Made by a program: the position numbers and the translations under genes. From an uncultured Candidatus Rokubacteria bacterium (GTDB lineage: Bacteria; Methylomirabilota; Methylomirabilia; Rokubacteriales; DASRDR01): DNA of 64,000 nucleotides. The stretch spans positions 1 to 64,000 of the forward strand of contig CAVPSB010000016.1 in the NCBI GenBank assembly GCA_963708025.1. Reading direction: 5' to 3'. Shown piece by piece: positions 49,280 to 64,000 of this stretch; within the stretch, counting starts at the first letter, position 1, and each line of letters starts with the position of its first letter. The notes under the pieces are model-generated. The model had not been told where the DNA came from and searched no databases. It worked only from the letters and a program-made list of their open reading frames with translations.

Positions 49280-50410
49280 TCACGGCCCCGCCGGACGGTG
49301 GGGCCGGTCGGGCGGACGGCCTTCGGCCTGGGGCGGACGGGCCTCGGCCTCGCGACGCCTCTCGTCGGCGTCCGGGGCCCGCGAGGCGGAGGCGGACCGC
49401 GCGCCGGACGCCGACTGGCCGAACTCCCCGGCCAGGGCGGCGCGGATGTGGGAGTTGACGTCCGTTCGCACCCACTCGGCCGCCACGCGGATGGCGTTCT
49501 TCACCGCGCGCGGCGGAGAGGCGCCGTGACTGATGATGCACACGCCGTTGATGCCGAGGAGCGGGGCGCCCCCTAGCTCGTTGTAGTCCACCCGCTTCCA
49601 GAACCGGCGGAAGGCCGGGCGCACCAGGAGAGCGCCCAGCTTGGCCATCGCCCCTCGCGTCAGCTCCTCCCGGATCAGGTGGACGATCATGTCGGCCAGG
49701 CTCTCGGAGATCTTCAGCGCCACGTTCCCGGTAAACCCGTCGGTCACGACGACGTCCACCGAGCCGCTGTAGAGGTCGCGCCCCTCGACGTTGCCGGCAA
49801 AGTTCAGCGGCATCCCCTCCAGCGTCTTGAACACCTCGCGCACCAGCTCGTTGCCCTTGCCCTCCTCCTCGCCGACGGAGAGCAGGCCGACCCGGGGCCG
49901 AACGATCCCGAGGATGTCGCGGGCGTAGACGTGCCCCATGACCGCGTACTGGACCAGGTGCTTGGGCTTGGGGTCCACGTTGGCGCCGACGTCGAGCAGG
50001 ATCGTCCGCCCCTTGAGGTTCGGCAGGGGCACCGCGATCGCCGGCCGGTCCACGCCGGGCAGGACCCCCATCGTGAACATCGCGATGGCCATCGCGGCCC
50101 CGGTGTTGCCGGCGGAGATGAAGGCCGCCGCCTCGCCGTCCCGGACCAGCTCGGCCGCCACCCGCATCGACGAATCCCGCTTCCGCCGCAGCGCGTGGGA
50201 CGGCGGCTCGTCCATCGCGATCACCTGGGAGGCGTGGCGGACGGTGATGGGCAGCGTGGCCGCCCCCTGGCGAGTCAGCTCGCGCTCGACGCTCGCCTTG
50301 TCGCCGACCAGGACGATCTCCGCCAGCCCCTCCCGGGCGGCGGCCACGGCGCCCTCGACCGTGACCGGCGGGCCGACGTCCCCACCCATGGCGTCCACGG
50401 CGATTCGCAT
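49280..50410 (-). CDS. plsX: Phosphate acyltransferase
   Basis: DAMGGD, SAGNTGA, LDVGAN, DGFTGN. Confidence 0.96.
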   Translation of the reverse strand: MRIAVDAMGGDVGPPVTVEGAVAAAREGLAEIVLVGDKASVERELTRQGAATLPITVRHASQVIAMDEPPSHALRRKRDSSMRVAAELVRDGEAAAFISAGNTGAAMAIAMFTMGVLPGVDRPAIAVPLPNLKGRTILLDVGANVDPKPKHLVQYAVMGHVYARDILGIVRPRVGLLSVGEEEGKGNELVREVFKTLEGMPLNFAGNVEGRDLYSGSVDVVVTDGFTGNVALKISESLADMIVHLIREELTRGAMAKLGALLVRPAFRRFWKRVDYNELGGAPLLGINGVCIISHGASPPRAVKNAIRVAAEWVRTDVNSHIRAALAGEFGQSASGARSASASRAPDADERRREAEARPPQAEGRPPDRPHRPAGP

Positions 50411-50586
50411 GAGGCTCAGGTGGTGCCGGACGTCCCCGGTCCGGCCTCGATCATCCGGCGACGACGAAGCCGACCGGCGCCGCGGCTACTCCCACCCGCG
50501 CCCCTGCCGACTCGGTCTCGCGTGCGGGGCCGGGTGACGAGGATGGCGAGGAGGCCGGGAGGGCGCGACGGCCATCGGCCACGTCC

Positions 50587-50769
50587 CTACGCCCCCTCGA
50601 CGGTGAGGACCTCTTTCCCCTTGTAGTACCCGCAGTGCGGGCAGACCCGGTGGGGCAGCTTGCTCTCGCGGCACTGGGGGCACGCGGACGTGGCCGGCGC
50701 CGTGAGCTTGTAGTGGGTGCGGCGCTTGCGACCGCGGGTTCGGGAATGACGGCGCTTTGGCAGCGGCAT
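50587..50769 (-). CDS. rpmF: 50S ribosomal protein L32
   Basis: PKRRHSRTR...CPQC...PHRVCPHCGYY. Confidence 0.97.
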   Translation of the reverse strand: MPLPKRRHSRTRGRKRRTHYKLTAPATSACPQCRESKLPHRVCPHCGYYKGKEVLTVEGA

Positions 50770-50778
50770 ACCTGACTC

Positions 50779-51303
50779 CTATGGGCGGAATTGGCGTCGG
50801 AGCGCCTCGAGCGGCGCGAGACGCGGGTCGAGCCCTCGTGCTTCGCACGCGCAGGCGGTGACGTTCCGGTTCGCGCCGCAGACGGGGCAGAGTCCGCGAC
50901 AGTCGGGGTGGCACAGGGGCTTCATGGGGAGGGCCAGGTCCGTCTCGCTCCGCAGCAGCCCCGCCACGTCGAGCGTGTCGCCCTGGTGGAAATCCAGCTC
51001 CAGGTCGTCGGGCCTCAGCTCGACCTGCTCGTGACGGACGCTGGGCGCCGGGACCAGGTGCAGGTCAACGTCGGGACCCACGCGCGTGACCAGGGGTTCC
51101 AGGCACCGGCTGCACTGGAGCCCGACGGTGGCCCGGAAGCGTCCCGTCACGACCACGTCGCTACCCCGACGCTCGATGTGGAGGTCGACCGAGTCGAGAC
51201 TCCACCCCTCGTCCGGAAAGACGGGGCCCAGATCTCCCGGTGACTCGACCTGGAGACCCTCGTCCGGGATTTCGGAGATCCGTACGATCATCGCGCTCAC
51301 CAA
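50779..51303 (-). CDS. yceD: DUF177/YceD family protein
   Basis: CSRCL, LPMKPLC..DCRGLCPVCG, DPRL; upstream of rpmF. Confidence 0.92.
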   Translation of the reverse strand: MVSAMIVRISEIPDEGLQVESPGDLGPVFPDEGWSLDSVDLHIERRGSDVVVTGRFRATVGLQCSRCLEPLVTRVGPDVDLHLVPAPSVRHEQVELRPDDLELDFHQGDTLDVAGLLRSETDLALPMKPLCHPDCRGLCPVCGANRNVTACACEARGLDPRLAPLEALRRQFRP

Positions 51304-51358
51304 CCTTCAGCGGCCCTCAATAAGTAGCGGAAACATCAGGGGTTTCTAAAACCATCGC

Positions 51359-51387
51359 ATTATACGGGCGCGTCTCGGGGGTGTCAA
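51359..51387 (-). promoter_or_regulatory. Sigma70 promoter of the yceD-rpmF-plsX-fab operon
   Basis: Perfect TTGACA-N17-TATAAT on the minus strand. Confidence 0.9.
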
Positions 51388-51422
51388 GGGAATCGCCGTC
51401 AATCGCGCCCGGTTCACTCGTC

Positions 51423-52534
51423 TGTCCAGTAGAAATGTCCGCCTAACTGTTCAGTGAGAATGTCCGCCCCCTGGAGGGGTGAGCTGGCGGTTGCGCTCGC
51501 GTTGACGGCGGGAGAAGGTCTGCCGCCAGGGGTGGGGGCGGGCGGGGCGCCGCAGGTGCTGGGCCAGTTCGGTCAGCGCCGTGAGCGGCGACGCGGCGCG
51601 TTTTTGGGCAAGGGGGAGATAGCGGCCCCCCTCGTCGGACGCGCTCCTGGAGGCGCGGAGGCGGTGCGCCCGGCGGGGGACCAGGACGAACTCGGCCGCG
51701 GGGGCCGGATCCGCGGCGAGGCAGGCCCCCTGGTAGTGGACGAGCAGTCGCCCGTCCAGGCATTCGCGGACCTCGACGCGGCAGCCGGCGTAGGAGCGGC
51801 CGTGCGGGCCGCGCGGGATCTGCACGACGCGCGGGCCGAGCCGGACGGTGTTGTCGCGGGCGACGCGGCGGGTGTAGCGGCAGCTGAGGTGCTCAGCGAA
51901 GTCGCGCGGGGGCCGGCGCCACGCGGCCTGGGCCTGGGCGGGCGGCTGGGCGAAGCGGCGGTTGTGGTCGGCGAGGTAGGTGGGGAGGAAGGCCTCGGCC
52001 GCGGCGACGGTCTGGAGCCCGCGGAGGCGGAGCTCGGCGACGAGCCGGTCCTGGAGGGTTGCCCAGAGGCGCTCGATGCGGCCCTTGGCCTGGGGGGAGT
52101 GGGCGGCGATGTAGCCAATCCCGAGCCCCCGGAGGACCTGCCCGAAGTGGGTCGGCTCCTGGGCCCCCTGGAGCTCTTCCGCGAGGCTCCAGTGGGCGTC
52201 GTTCCGGACGAAGACGCCGAGGCGGTCGCCGTAGAGGGTCACGGGCAAGCCGTAGGCCTCGACGAGCCGGCGGAGCAGGGTGAGGTAGCCATGCAGGTCC
52301 TCCGCAGGCCGGAAGTGGAGGGCAGGACCGTCCCCGTGGCGTCGTCGATGGCGCCGAGCAGAAAGAGCGGGGTCCCGGTGCCGAGCCAGTCGAACACGCT
52401 GCCGTCGACCAGGACGAGGGCTCCCAGCGCGGGGCGCCGGGGGCGGCGCGTGCGGTGCTGCCGGGGCCGCCGGCGCCGCTTCGGGGGGAGGCCCAGGCCC
52501 CGGCGGAGGCGGCGGAGGGTGCTGCCACATGACA
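51423..52534 (-). mobile_element. 5'-truncated IS with DDE transposase (ISNCY/IS481-like), frameshift near 52322
   Basis: VDGS.FDW, IDDATG, YGDR, AHSPQAKGRIERLWATLQDRL; right-end repeats TGTCCAGTAGAAATGTCC (51423) and TGTTCAGTGAGAATGTCC (51448). Confidence 0.85.
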
Positions 52535-52544
52535 GCCGTTCGCC

Positions 52545-52573
52545 TTGACGGTCCCCGGGCCGTCTGCTAGCCT
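52545..52573 (+). promoter_or_regulatory. Putative sigma70 promoter of htpX
   Basis: TTGACG-N17-TAGCCT. Confidence 0.6.
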
Positions 52574-52635
52574 TCGGGATGAGCCAACGCGAATCGAGTC
52601 GGGCGAAGGACTGTCCGCCCGCGAAGGAGGCGACC

Positions 52636-53487
52636 GTGGTCAACACCCTCAAGACGACCCTGCTGCTGGGCCTGATGACGGGCCTGTTCATCGCCATCGG
52701 TGGCCTGCTCGGCGGTCGGTCGGGCATGGTCCTCGCCTTCGGCATGGCGCTGGTGATGAACTTCATCTCCTTCTGGTTCTCGGACAAGATCGTCCTGAAG
52801 ATGTACGGGGCCCAGCCGCTGTCCGAGGCGGAGGCCCCGATGGTCCACCGCATCGTCCGGAACCTGGCGACCAAGGCCGGCATCCCCATGCCACCCCTCT
52901 ACCTGATCCCGTCCCCCCAGCCCAACGCCTTCGCGACGGGTCGGAGCCCGCGGCACGCCGCCGTCGCGGTGACCGAGGGGATCCTGAGGGTCATGAACGA
53001 AGCAGAGCTGGAAGGGGTGCTGGCCCACGAGCTGTCCCACGTCATCAACCGGGACGTGCTGGTCTCGACGGTCGCCGCCACGATCGCCGGCGCCATCGGC
53101 ATGCTGGCCAACATGGCGCAGTGGAGCCTCTTCCTGGGCGGCAGTCGCGACAACGAGGGGCGCGGTGGGAACCCCATCGCCCTCATCGCCACCATCATCT
53201 TCGCGCCGCTCGCCGCCATGCTGATCCAGATGGCGGTCTCCCGGTCCCGGGAGTACCAGGCCGACGCCTCCGGCGCCCAGCTCACCCGGCGCCCGCTGGG
53301 CCTCGCCTCGGCGCTGGCCAAGCTGCACCAGGCGAGTCAGATGGTGCCGATGGACGTCAACCCCGCCACCGCCCACCTGTTCATCGTGAACCCGCTGAGC
53401 GGCCGGAGCTTCGCCGCGCTCTTCTCGACCCACCCGCCGATCGAGGAGCGGATCGCGCGGCTTCAGGCCATGGCGCGAGGCCAGTAG
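52636..53487 (+). CDS. htpX: Zinc metalloprotease HtpX
   Basis: [36 protein letters not shown]. Confidence 0.95.
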   Translation: MVNTLKTTLLLGLMTGLFIAIGGLLGGRSGMVLAFGMALVMNFISFWFSDKIVLKMYGAQPLSEAEAPMVHRIVRNLATKAGIPMPPLYLIPSPQPNAFATGRSPRHAAVAVTEGILRVMNEAELEGVLAHELSHVINRDVLVSTVAATIAGAIGMLANMAQWSLFLGGSRDNEGRGGNPIALIATIIFAPLAAMLIQMAVSRSREYQADASGAQLTRRPLGLASALAKLHQASQMVPMDVNPATAHLFIVNPLSGRSFAALFSTHPPIEERIARLQAMARGQ

Positions 53488-53566
53488 CGTAGTCGGATCG
53501 ATCGCGGGCGCGGAGGATCCGCCCCTCGAACGTGAATCGCCTCGAGCCCGCCGGACCGGTGGTATC

Positions 53567-54286
53567 GTGTCTGGCGGGCCCATGATCGAGGTCTCCCGCC
53601 TCACCAAGGTTTACGGCCGGAGCGTCGCGTTGCGCGGGGTCAGCCTCACGGTCCCGGCCGGCGCCGTGCTCACCGTGCTGGGCCACAACGGCTCCGGCAA
53701 GACGACGCTCCTCCGGGTGCTCGCGACCCTCACGCGCCCGACGGCCGGGTCGGGCCGCATCGGCGGCCACGACCTCGTGGCCGAGCGCGACGAGATCCGC
53801 CGGCTGGTCGGCCTGGTCGGACACGGCACCCAGCTCTACGACGACCTCACCGCGCTGGAAAACCTCCGCTTCGCCGCCGCCCTGCACGACCTCCCGGCCG
53901 ACCCGGCGAGCGCCGACGCCGCGTTGGCCCGGGTCGGACTGGAGGCGCAGGCCGGCATGCGGGTCCGCGAGCTGTCGAGCGGCATGCGGCGCCGGGTGGC
54001 GCTGGCGCGGGTCATGCTCCGCCGGCCGCGGGTCCTCCTGCTCGACGAGCCGTTCGCCGGTCTCGACCAGGACAGCGCGAAGCGGCTCGAGGCGTACCTG
54101 CACGAGTTCCGAGCCGAAGGAGGCGCGGCGGTCCTCGTGACCCACGGGCTCGGGCGGGGCCTCGCGCTCGCCGACCGCATCGCCATCCTGGCTGGTGGCC
54201 GCCTGGCGGTGGAGCAAGCTCGGGGCACGCTGACCGAGGAGGCGCTCGGCCAGCTCTACCTGGCCGCCACGGAGGCGAGCGGCTGA
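53567..54286 (+). CDS. ccmA: Heme ABC exporter ATP-binding protein
   Basis: GHNGSGKTT, LSSGM, LLLDEP; first gene of the ccm operon. Confidence 0.9.
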   Translation: MSGGPMIEVSRLTKVYGRSVALRGVSLTVPAGAVLTVLGHNGSGKTTLLRVLATLTRPTAGSGRIGGHDLVAERDEIRRLVGLVGHGTQLYDDLTALENLRFAAALHDLPADPASADAALARVGLEAQAGMRVRELSSGMRRRVALARVMLRRPRVLLLDEPFAGLDQDSAKRLEAYLHEFRAEGGAAVLVTHGLGRGLALADRIAILAGGRLAVEQARGTLTEEALGQLYLAATEASG

Positions 54287-54975
54287 TGGGGGCGCTCGCC
54301 GGCTTTTCCCGCCGGGCGTGGGCGATGCTCTGGAAAGACCTCGTGGTGGAGCGGCGGGCCAAGGAGGGCGCCAACGCCCTCGCCTTCTTCGCGATCCTTC
54401 TCCTCTTCCTCTTCTATCTGGCGCTCGGGCCCGACCAGGAGCGGATCCGGGGCGCGCTGGCCGGACTCTTCTGGCTGGCCTTCATCCTGGCCGGGGTCCT
54501 CGGCCTCGGCCGCGCCTTCGCGCTCGAGCGCGAGAACGACTGCCTCGACGGCCTGATCCTCGCCTCCGGCGACAAGGGCGGGCTCTACCTCGGCAAGGTC
54601 GCCGGGACCACCGTGCTCATGCTGGCCATGGAGGTCGCCTTCATCGTGGCGACCGGCCTGCTCTACAACCTCGATCTCTGGGGCGCGGTGCCCCGGCTCC
54701 TCCTGATCGCCCTCGCCGGCACCGTCGGGTTCGCTGCGGTCGGCACGCTCTTCGCCGCCATGACCGCCCAGCTCCGGGCCCGCGAGGTGCTGCTCCCGGT
54801 CCTCCTCCTGCCGCTGGTGGTGCCGGTGCTGCTGGCGGCGGTGCGGCTCACCGAGGCCGCCCTGGCCGGGGAGGGCTGGGCCGACACGGCGGCGTGGTGG
54901 CAGCTCCTGGTCGGCTTCGACGTGGTCTTCGTGGTGGCGGGGGTGCTCGTGTTCGAATTCGTGCTGGAGGCGTGA
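54286..54975 (+). CDS. ccmB: Heme exporter permease
   Basis: WKDL..E, ERENDCLDGL, REVLLPVLLLPL. Confidence 0.92.
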   Translation: MGALAGFSRRAWAMLWKDLVVERRAKEGANALAFFAILLLFLFYLALGPDQERIRGALAGLFWLAFILAGVLGLGRAFALERENDCLDGLILASGDKGGLYLGKVAGTTVLMLAMEVAFIVATGLLYNLDLWGAVPRLLLIALAGTVGFAAVGTLFAAMTAQLRAREVLLPVLLLPLVVPVLLAAVRLTEAALAGEGWADTAAWWQLLVGFDVVFVVAGVLVFEFVLEA

Positions 54976-55637
54976 TGAGCGGGCGACCGTTCGGCTGGCT
55001 CTCGGCGCTGCTCCTGCTGGCGGGCCTGGGGGCGGCGTTCGGCTACGCGCCGCGTGACGCCGTGCAGGGCAACGTGCAGCGAATCATGTACCTCCACGTG
55101 CCTGCCATCCTGACGGCCTACGTCGCCATCGGCGTCGTCCTGGTCGCCAGCATCGCCTACCTGGCGACCCGCCGCCCGACCTGGGACCGCGTGGCGGCCG
55201 CCGCCGGCGAGCTGGCCGTCTGCTTCATCGCGGTGACCCTGATCACCGGCTCGATCTGGGGGAAGCCGACCTGGGGAACGTGGTGGACCTGGGACGCGCG
55301 GCTCACCTCGACCGCGCTCCTGTTCGTGATCTACCTCGGGTACTTGCTGCTCCGGAGCGTGGTCGAGGACGCCGAGCGGGCGGCCACCTACGCGGCCGTC
55401 CTGGGGATCGTCGGCGCGCTCGACGTGCCCATCATCCACTTCTCCGTCCAGTGGTGGCGGACGCTCCACCAGCCGGCCACGATCCTGCGCCCGCAGGCGC
55501 CGACCATGGACGCCTCGATGGTGGTCGCCCTCCTGGTCAACCTCGTGGCCTTCGTCTGCACCTTCACCTACCTCGCCAGCCGCCGGTATCGCCTGCTGTC
55601 TCTCGAGGCCGAGGCCACCCGGCAGAGCTGGCAGTAG
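54975..55637 (+). CDS. ccmC: Heme exporter protein C
   Basis: YLHVP, WGKPTWGTWWTWDARLT (WWD domain), LH. Confidence 0.94.
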   Translation: MSGRPFGWLSALLLLAGLGAAFGYAPRDAVQGNVQRIMYLHVPAILTAYVAIGVVLVASIAYLATRRPTWDRVAAAAGELAVCFIAVTLITGSIWGKPTWGTWWTWDARLTSTALLFVIYLGYLLLRSVVEDAERAATYAAVLGIVGALDVPIIHFSVQWWRTLHQPATILRPQAPTMDASMVVALLVNLVAFVCTFTYLASRRYRLLSLEAEATRQSWQ

Positions 55638-55755
55638 CCGGCCGCCGGCGGTCCCGGCCGCCTCCCTGGCGAGGCGGGGGACGGCCGGCGACGGCCCGAG
55701 GGCGACCTCAGGAGGCCTGTGGTATCCTCACAGGGACATTGAGGATCGATTCGCC

Positions 55756-55878
55756 ATGAATCACTGGACGTTCGTCCTGGCCGCCTACGGCGTGGCGGCG
55801 CTCCTCCTCGTCGGCTACTGGTGGCGCGTCGAGCGGCGGATCAACGCCCTCGAGGCAGCGCGGCAGGACGGGACGTGA
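55756..55878 (+). CDS. ccmD: Heme exporter protein D (40 aa, below the ORF-track cutoff)
   Basis: MNHWTFVLAAYGVAALLLVGYWWRVERR; GAGGA RBS; lies between ccmC and ccmE. Confidence 0.8.
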   Translation: MNHWTFVLAAYGVAALLLVGYWWRVERRINALEAARQDGT

Positions 55879-56357
55879 GCGTGCGACGATACCGGAAGCT
55901 GATCATCGGCGGCGCCATCATCGTGCTGGCGCTGGCGGGTCTGGTGCTGACCGGCATCCGCCAGTCCGTGGTCTACTTCGTCACCCCGTCCGAGCTGCGC
56001 GCGGCTCCCGGCGGCACTGCCGGTAAGGCGTACCGGGTGGGCGGCATGGTGGTGCCGGGCTCGCTGCGCCGGGACCCGGCGACGCTCCGCCAGGACTTCC
56101 TGCTGTCGGACGGCAAGGCTACCGTGCCGGTCCGGTTCCGCGGCATCCCGCCCGACCTGTTCGGCGAGGGCCGGGGCGCTGTCGTGGAGGGCACCCTCGG
56201 CCAGGACGGCACCTTCCAGGCGAGCACGATCATGGCCAAGCACTCCGAGGAGTACAAGGCGCCGCACGACGGTCAGGCGGGCTACCAGGAGCTGCTCAAG
56301 ACCTTCAAGGGCAACGACGGGGCGCCCCGGCCGGCGACCGGCAAGCCCGGCGGCTGA
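55875..56357 (+). CDS. ccmE: Heme chaperone
   Basis: YFVTPSE, RVGGMV, PDLFGEG, AKHSEEY (HxxxY). Confidence 0.94.
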   Translation: MSVRRYRKLIIGGAIIVLALAGLVLTGIRQSVVYFVTPSELRAAPGGTAGKAYRVGGMVVPGSLRRDPATLRQDFLLSDGKATVPVRFRGIPPDLFGEGRGAVVEGTLGQDGTFQASTIMAKHSEEYKAPHDGQAGYQELLKTFKGNDGAPRPATGKPGG

Positions 56358-56363
56358 GACGCC

Positions 56364-56888
56364 ATGTCCCGGCGCTGGCTCATCCCGCTGGCGGCCGTCC
56401 CGGTACTGGCGGTCCTCGCGTACGGCTTCCGCAGCGATCCCCGGGCGATCCCCTCCCCGCTCGTCGGGCGGCCGGCGGTGGCCTTCGCGTTGACGAGCTA
56501 CGAGGGCGCGCCGATCAGCCTGGAGACCCTCCAGGGCAAGGTGGTCGTCCTCAACTTCTGGGCGTCGTGGTGCTACCCCGCCTGCTACGAGGAGGCGCCG
56601 GTCCTCGAGGGGGCCTGGCGCGCCTACCGGGAGCGCGGCCTGGTCGTTGTCGGCGTGGACATCCAGGACACCGAGCCTGCCGCGAGCCGGTTCATCAAGC
56701 AGTTCGGGCTCAGCTTCCCGAACGCCCCGGACCCCAAGGGCAAGGTCTCGATCGACTACGGCGTCTACGGCGTGCCCGAGACCTTCGTGATCGACAAGCA
56801 GGGTCGGATCCGGGACAAGAAGGTCGGCGCGGTCACCGAGGCGTACCTCAAGGAGAAGATCGAGCCGCTCCTCCAGGAGAGCTCGTGA
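56364..56888 (+). CDS. ccmG: CcmG/TlpA-like thiol-disulfide oxidoreductase (CxxxC variant)
   Basis: PSPLVG, LNFWASWCYPAC, YGVYGVPETF. Confidence 0.85.
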   Translation: MSRRWLIPLAAVPVLAVLAYGFRSDPRAIPSPLVGRPAVAFALTSYEGAPISLETLQGKVVVLNFWASWCYPACYEEAPVLEGAWRAYRERGLVVVGVDIQDTEPAASRFIKQFGLSFPNAPDPKGKVSIDYGVYGVPETFVIDKQGRIRDKKVGAVTEAYLKEKIEPLLQESS

Positions 56889-57322
56889 GCCCGGCGCGCG
56901 CGGCCGTCGCGCTCGTCCTGCTCCTGCTCGGGACCGCCGCCCCGGCCGCCCAGGTCAACGAGGACACCGTCCGGCACGTGGCCAGCCAGCTCCGGTGCGT
57001 CGTGTGCCAGAACCTCTCGGTGGCCGACTCGCCGTCCGAGATGGCCCGTCAGATGCGGGACGTGATCCGCGAGCGCCTCGGCCAGGGCGAGACGGAGCAG
57101 CAGGTCATCCACTACTTCGAAGAGCGCTACGGCCCCTGGGTCCGGCTCTCGCCGGGCGGCTGGTTCGTGTGGGTGCTCCCCTTCGCCGGCCTTTTCGTCG
57201 GGCTCGGCGTAGTGCTCCTGATCACGCTCCGCTGGACCCGGCGCGCCCGCGAGAGCCAGGAGGCGCTCTCGCCGGCCGACCGCGAGCGGGTCCGGCTGGA
57301 GCTGGAACGGTTCCGCGAGTAG
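56885..57322 (+). CDS. ccmH: Cytochrome c biogenesis protein CcmH
   Basis: LRCVVCQNLSVADS, ERYG. Confidence 0.92.
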   Translation: MSPARAAVALVLLLLGTAAPAAQVNEDTVRHVASQLRCVVCQNLSVADSPSEMARQMRDVIRERLGQGETEQQVIHYFEERYGPWVRLSPGGWFVWVLPFAGLFVGLGVVLLITLRWTRRARESQEALSPADRERVRLELERFRE

Positions 57323-57328
57323 CCGGCC

Positions 57329-58428
57329 GTGATCGTCGCGCTCCTCGCCCTCGCCTTTGCCGTGCCCGCCGCCGTGTTCGTGGTGTGGCCCCTGATCACC
57401 CGCCGGGAGGCCGCCGCGCTCGCGTCGGCCACCGAGGAGACCCGCGCCGCCCTGGAAGCCGAGAAGGTCCAGGCGCTCCGGGCGATCCGGGAGCTGGAGA
57501 CGGAGCACCAGGCGGGACTCCTGAGCGACGCCGATCACGCGGAGCTCCGGGCGCGCCTCGAGGCGGGGGCGAGCGCGATCCTCAAGCGCCTCGACGCCCT
57601 CCCGCCCCCGGCCGCGCCGGTCGCGGCGCCGGCCAAGGTCCGAGCGACCGCCGGCCGCAAGGCGCCGCGGCGGGGCACGGCGGCGGCACCGGCGACTCCC
57701 GCGGCGGTGGCCGTCGGCGCCCCGCGCGCCCTGGACCCAGCGCCCGCTCGTCCTCACCGGCGGCGCGCTCGGCATCCTCGTCTTCGGCGTCGTCCTCGGC
57801 GTGCTCGTCGTCCAGTACACAGCCCCGGCGCCTGCCGATCCGATGGCGGCGCCTCCGCCCATGGCCGCCCTGCCCGGCCTGGGCGAGGGCGCAGGGACCC
57901 GGCGCCACGCCGCCGGGCGCGGGGGGCGAGAGCCCGCGACCCATCCCGCCCGCCATGCTGGAGGGCATGCTGCGTGCCGCCCACCAGGCCCTGGACGCCG
58001 GGCAGTACCAGCAGGCGATCGCCGCCTACAGGGCGGTCCTCAAGCGCCATCCCGACAACGTGGACGCGATCACCCATCTCGGGGTGATCCTCGCCGTCGC
58101 CGGCCACGCCGACGGCGCCCTCGACGCGTTCGACCGGGCGCTCGCCATCCAGCCCGACTACCCGCATGCCCTGTGGGACAAGGGCCGGGTACTGTACGAG
58201 CAGCGCCAGGACTACGCCGCGGCCATCGCCGCCTGGGAGCGCTTCGTGGCGGTGAGCGGGCCGGGCGAGGATCGGGACCGCGCCCAGGCGCTGATCCAGG
58301 AGGCCCGGACCAAGCTGGCCGCCGCTCCCCCGGCGGCGGGCGGCCCGGCGCCCAAGCCCGGCGCGGCCGGGAGCCCGGCGCCCAAGACCGGCGCAAAGCC
58401 GGCCGGTCCGGCGGGCGCCAAGCCGTGA
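57329..58428 (+). CDS. CcmI/CycH-like TPR protein (frameshifts near 57720 and 57900)
   Basis: N-terminal TM plus 'ELETEHQAGLLS'; C-terminal TPR repeats in the ORF 56995 frame. Confidence 0.75.
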
Positions 58429-58458
58429 CCCCGTGACCCGTGAAGGAGCTCGCATCGC

Positions 58459-60459
<2,001 letters not shown>

Positions 60460-60488
60460 GAACGTGTGAAGCACGTGGGATCCTCCGA

Positions 60489-60548
60489 CTCCCCCCTCCC
60501 CCCGGTGGGTGGGGGAGGGGGGGTGGGGGGGGGCGGGAGGTCCCGAAA
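60489..60548 (+). repeat. G/C-tract REP-like element family B, copy 3
   Basis: Same as 40498-40556. Confidence 0.85.
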
Positions 60549-60569
60549 AGGCGCAGCCCTCCGGCTCGG

Positions 60570-63980
<3,411 letters not shown>

Positions 63981-64000
63981 GAAGTGCGGCGTTCGGCGGA

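Noticed and set aside
48304-50410. Absence of fabH between plsX and fabD
   Set aside because: Common operon variation; the gene may lie elsewhere
325-58428. Frameshifts in the SBP, permease, GH31, A1-T tail, fabG (two) and ccmI-like (two) genes read as programmed frameshifting or pseudogenisation
   Set aside because: Scattered single-base indels, often in G/C runs and even in essential fabG; most simply long-read consensus errors

Overview
High-GC bacterial chromosomal window. Gene repertoire and repeat style suggest a soil lineage such as Ca. Rokubacteria/Methylomirabilota (inference only). Many single-base frameshifts look like long-read assembly errors. Left to right: (1) sugar ABC transporter, GH31 glycosidase and HD-domain gene (0.3-6.5 kb). 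(2) A ~26 kb hybrid NRPS/PKS cluster (6.7-32.1 kb): two standalone A-T proteins with non-canonical pockets, an AT-dead KS-AT0-DH-ACP PKS, an Sfp PPTase, a beta-Ala-type C-A-T NRPS, a pair of exosortase-associated-type alpha/beta hydrolases, an oxalyl-CoA-synthetase-like ligase fused to a carrier domain, a KS-AT-KR(ER-inserted)-ACP PKS, and a formyltransferase-like/beta-propeller gene. A duplicated ~400 bp sigma54 promoter cassette sits upstream of both megasynthases. (3) A DUF6582-like/class III cyclase fusion and a two-fragment junction. (4) AEP-type ABC genes, SDR, GS-family ligase, nitrilase-family amidase, site-2 protease and two GT39-like genes. (5) A degenerate rnc plus the yceD-rpmF-plsX-fabD-fabG-acpP-fabF operon. 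(6) An IS remnant, htpX, a full ccm operon, a flippase-like gene and ligA. Non-coding highlights: a candidate sigma54-dependent ~185 nt sRNA with two identical C-rich loops (60.57-60.78 kb), a three-copy covarying hairpin element placed right after stop codons, and two REP-like element families that appear to supply translation start signals. No CRISPR array, rRNA or tRNA was recognised.
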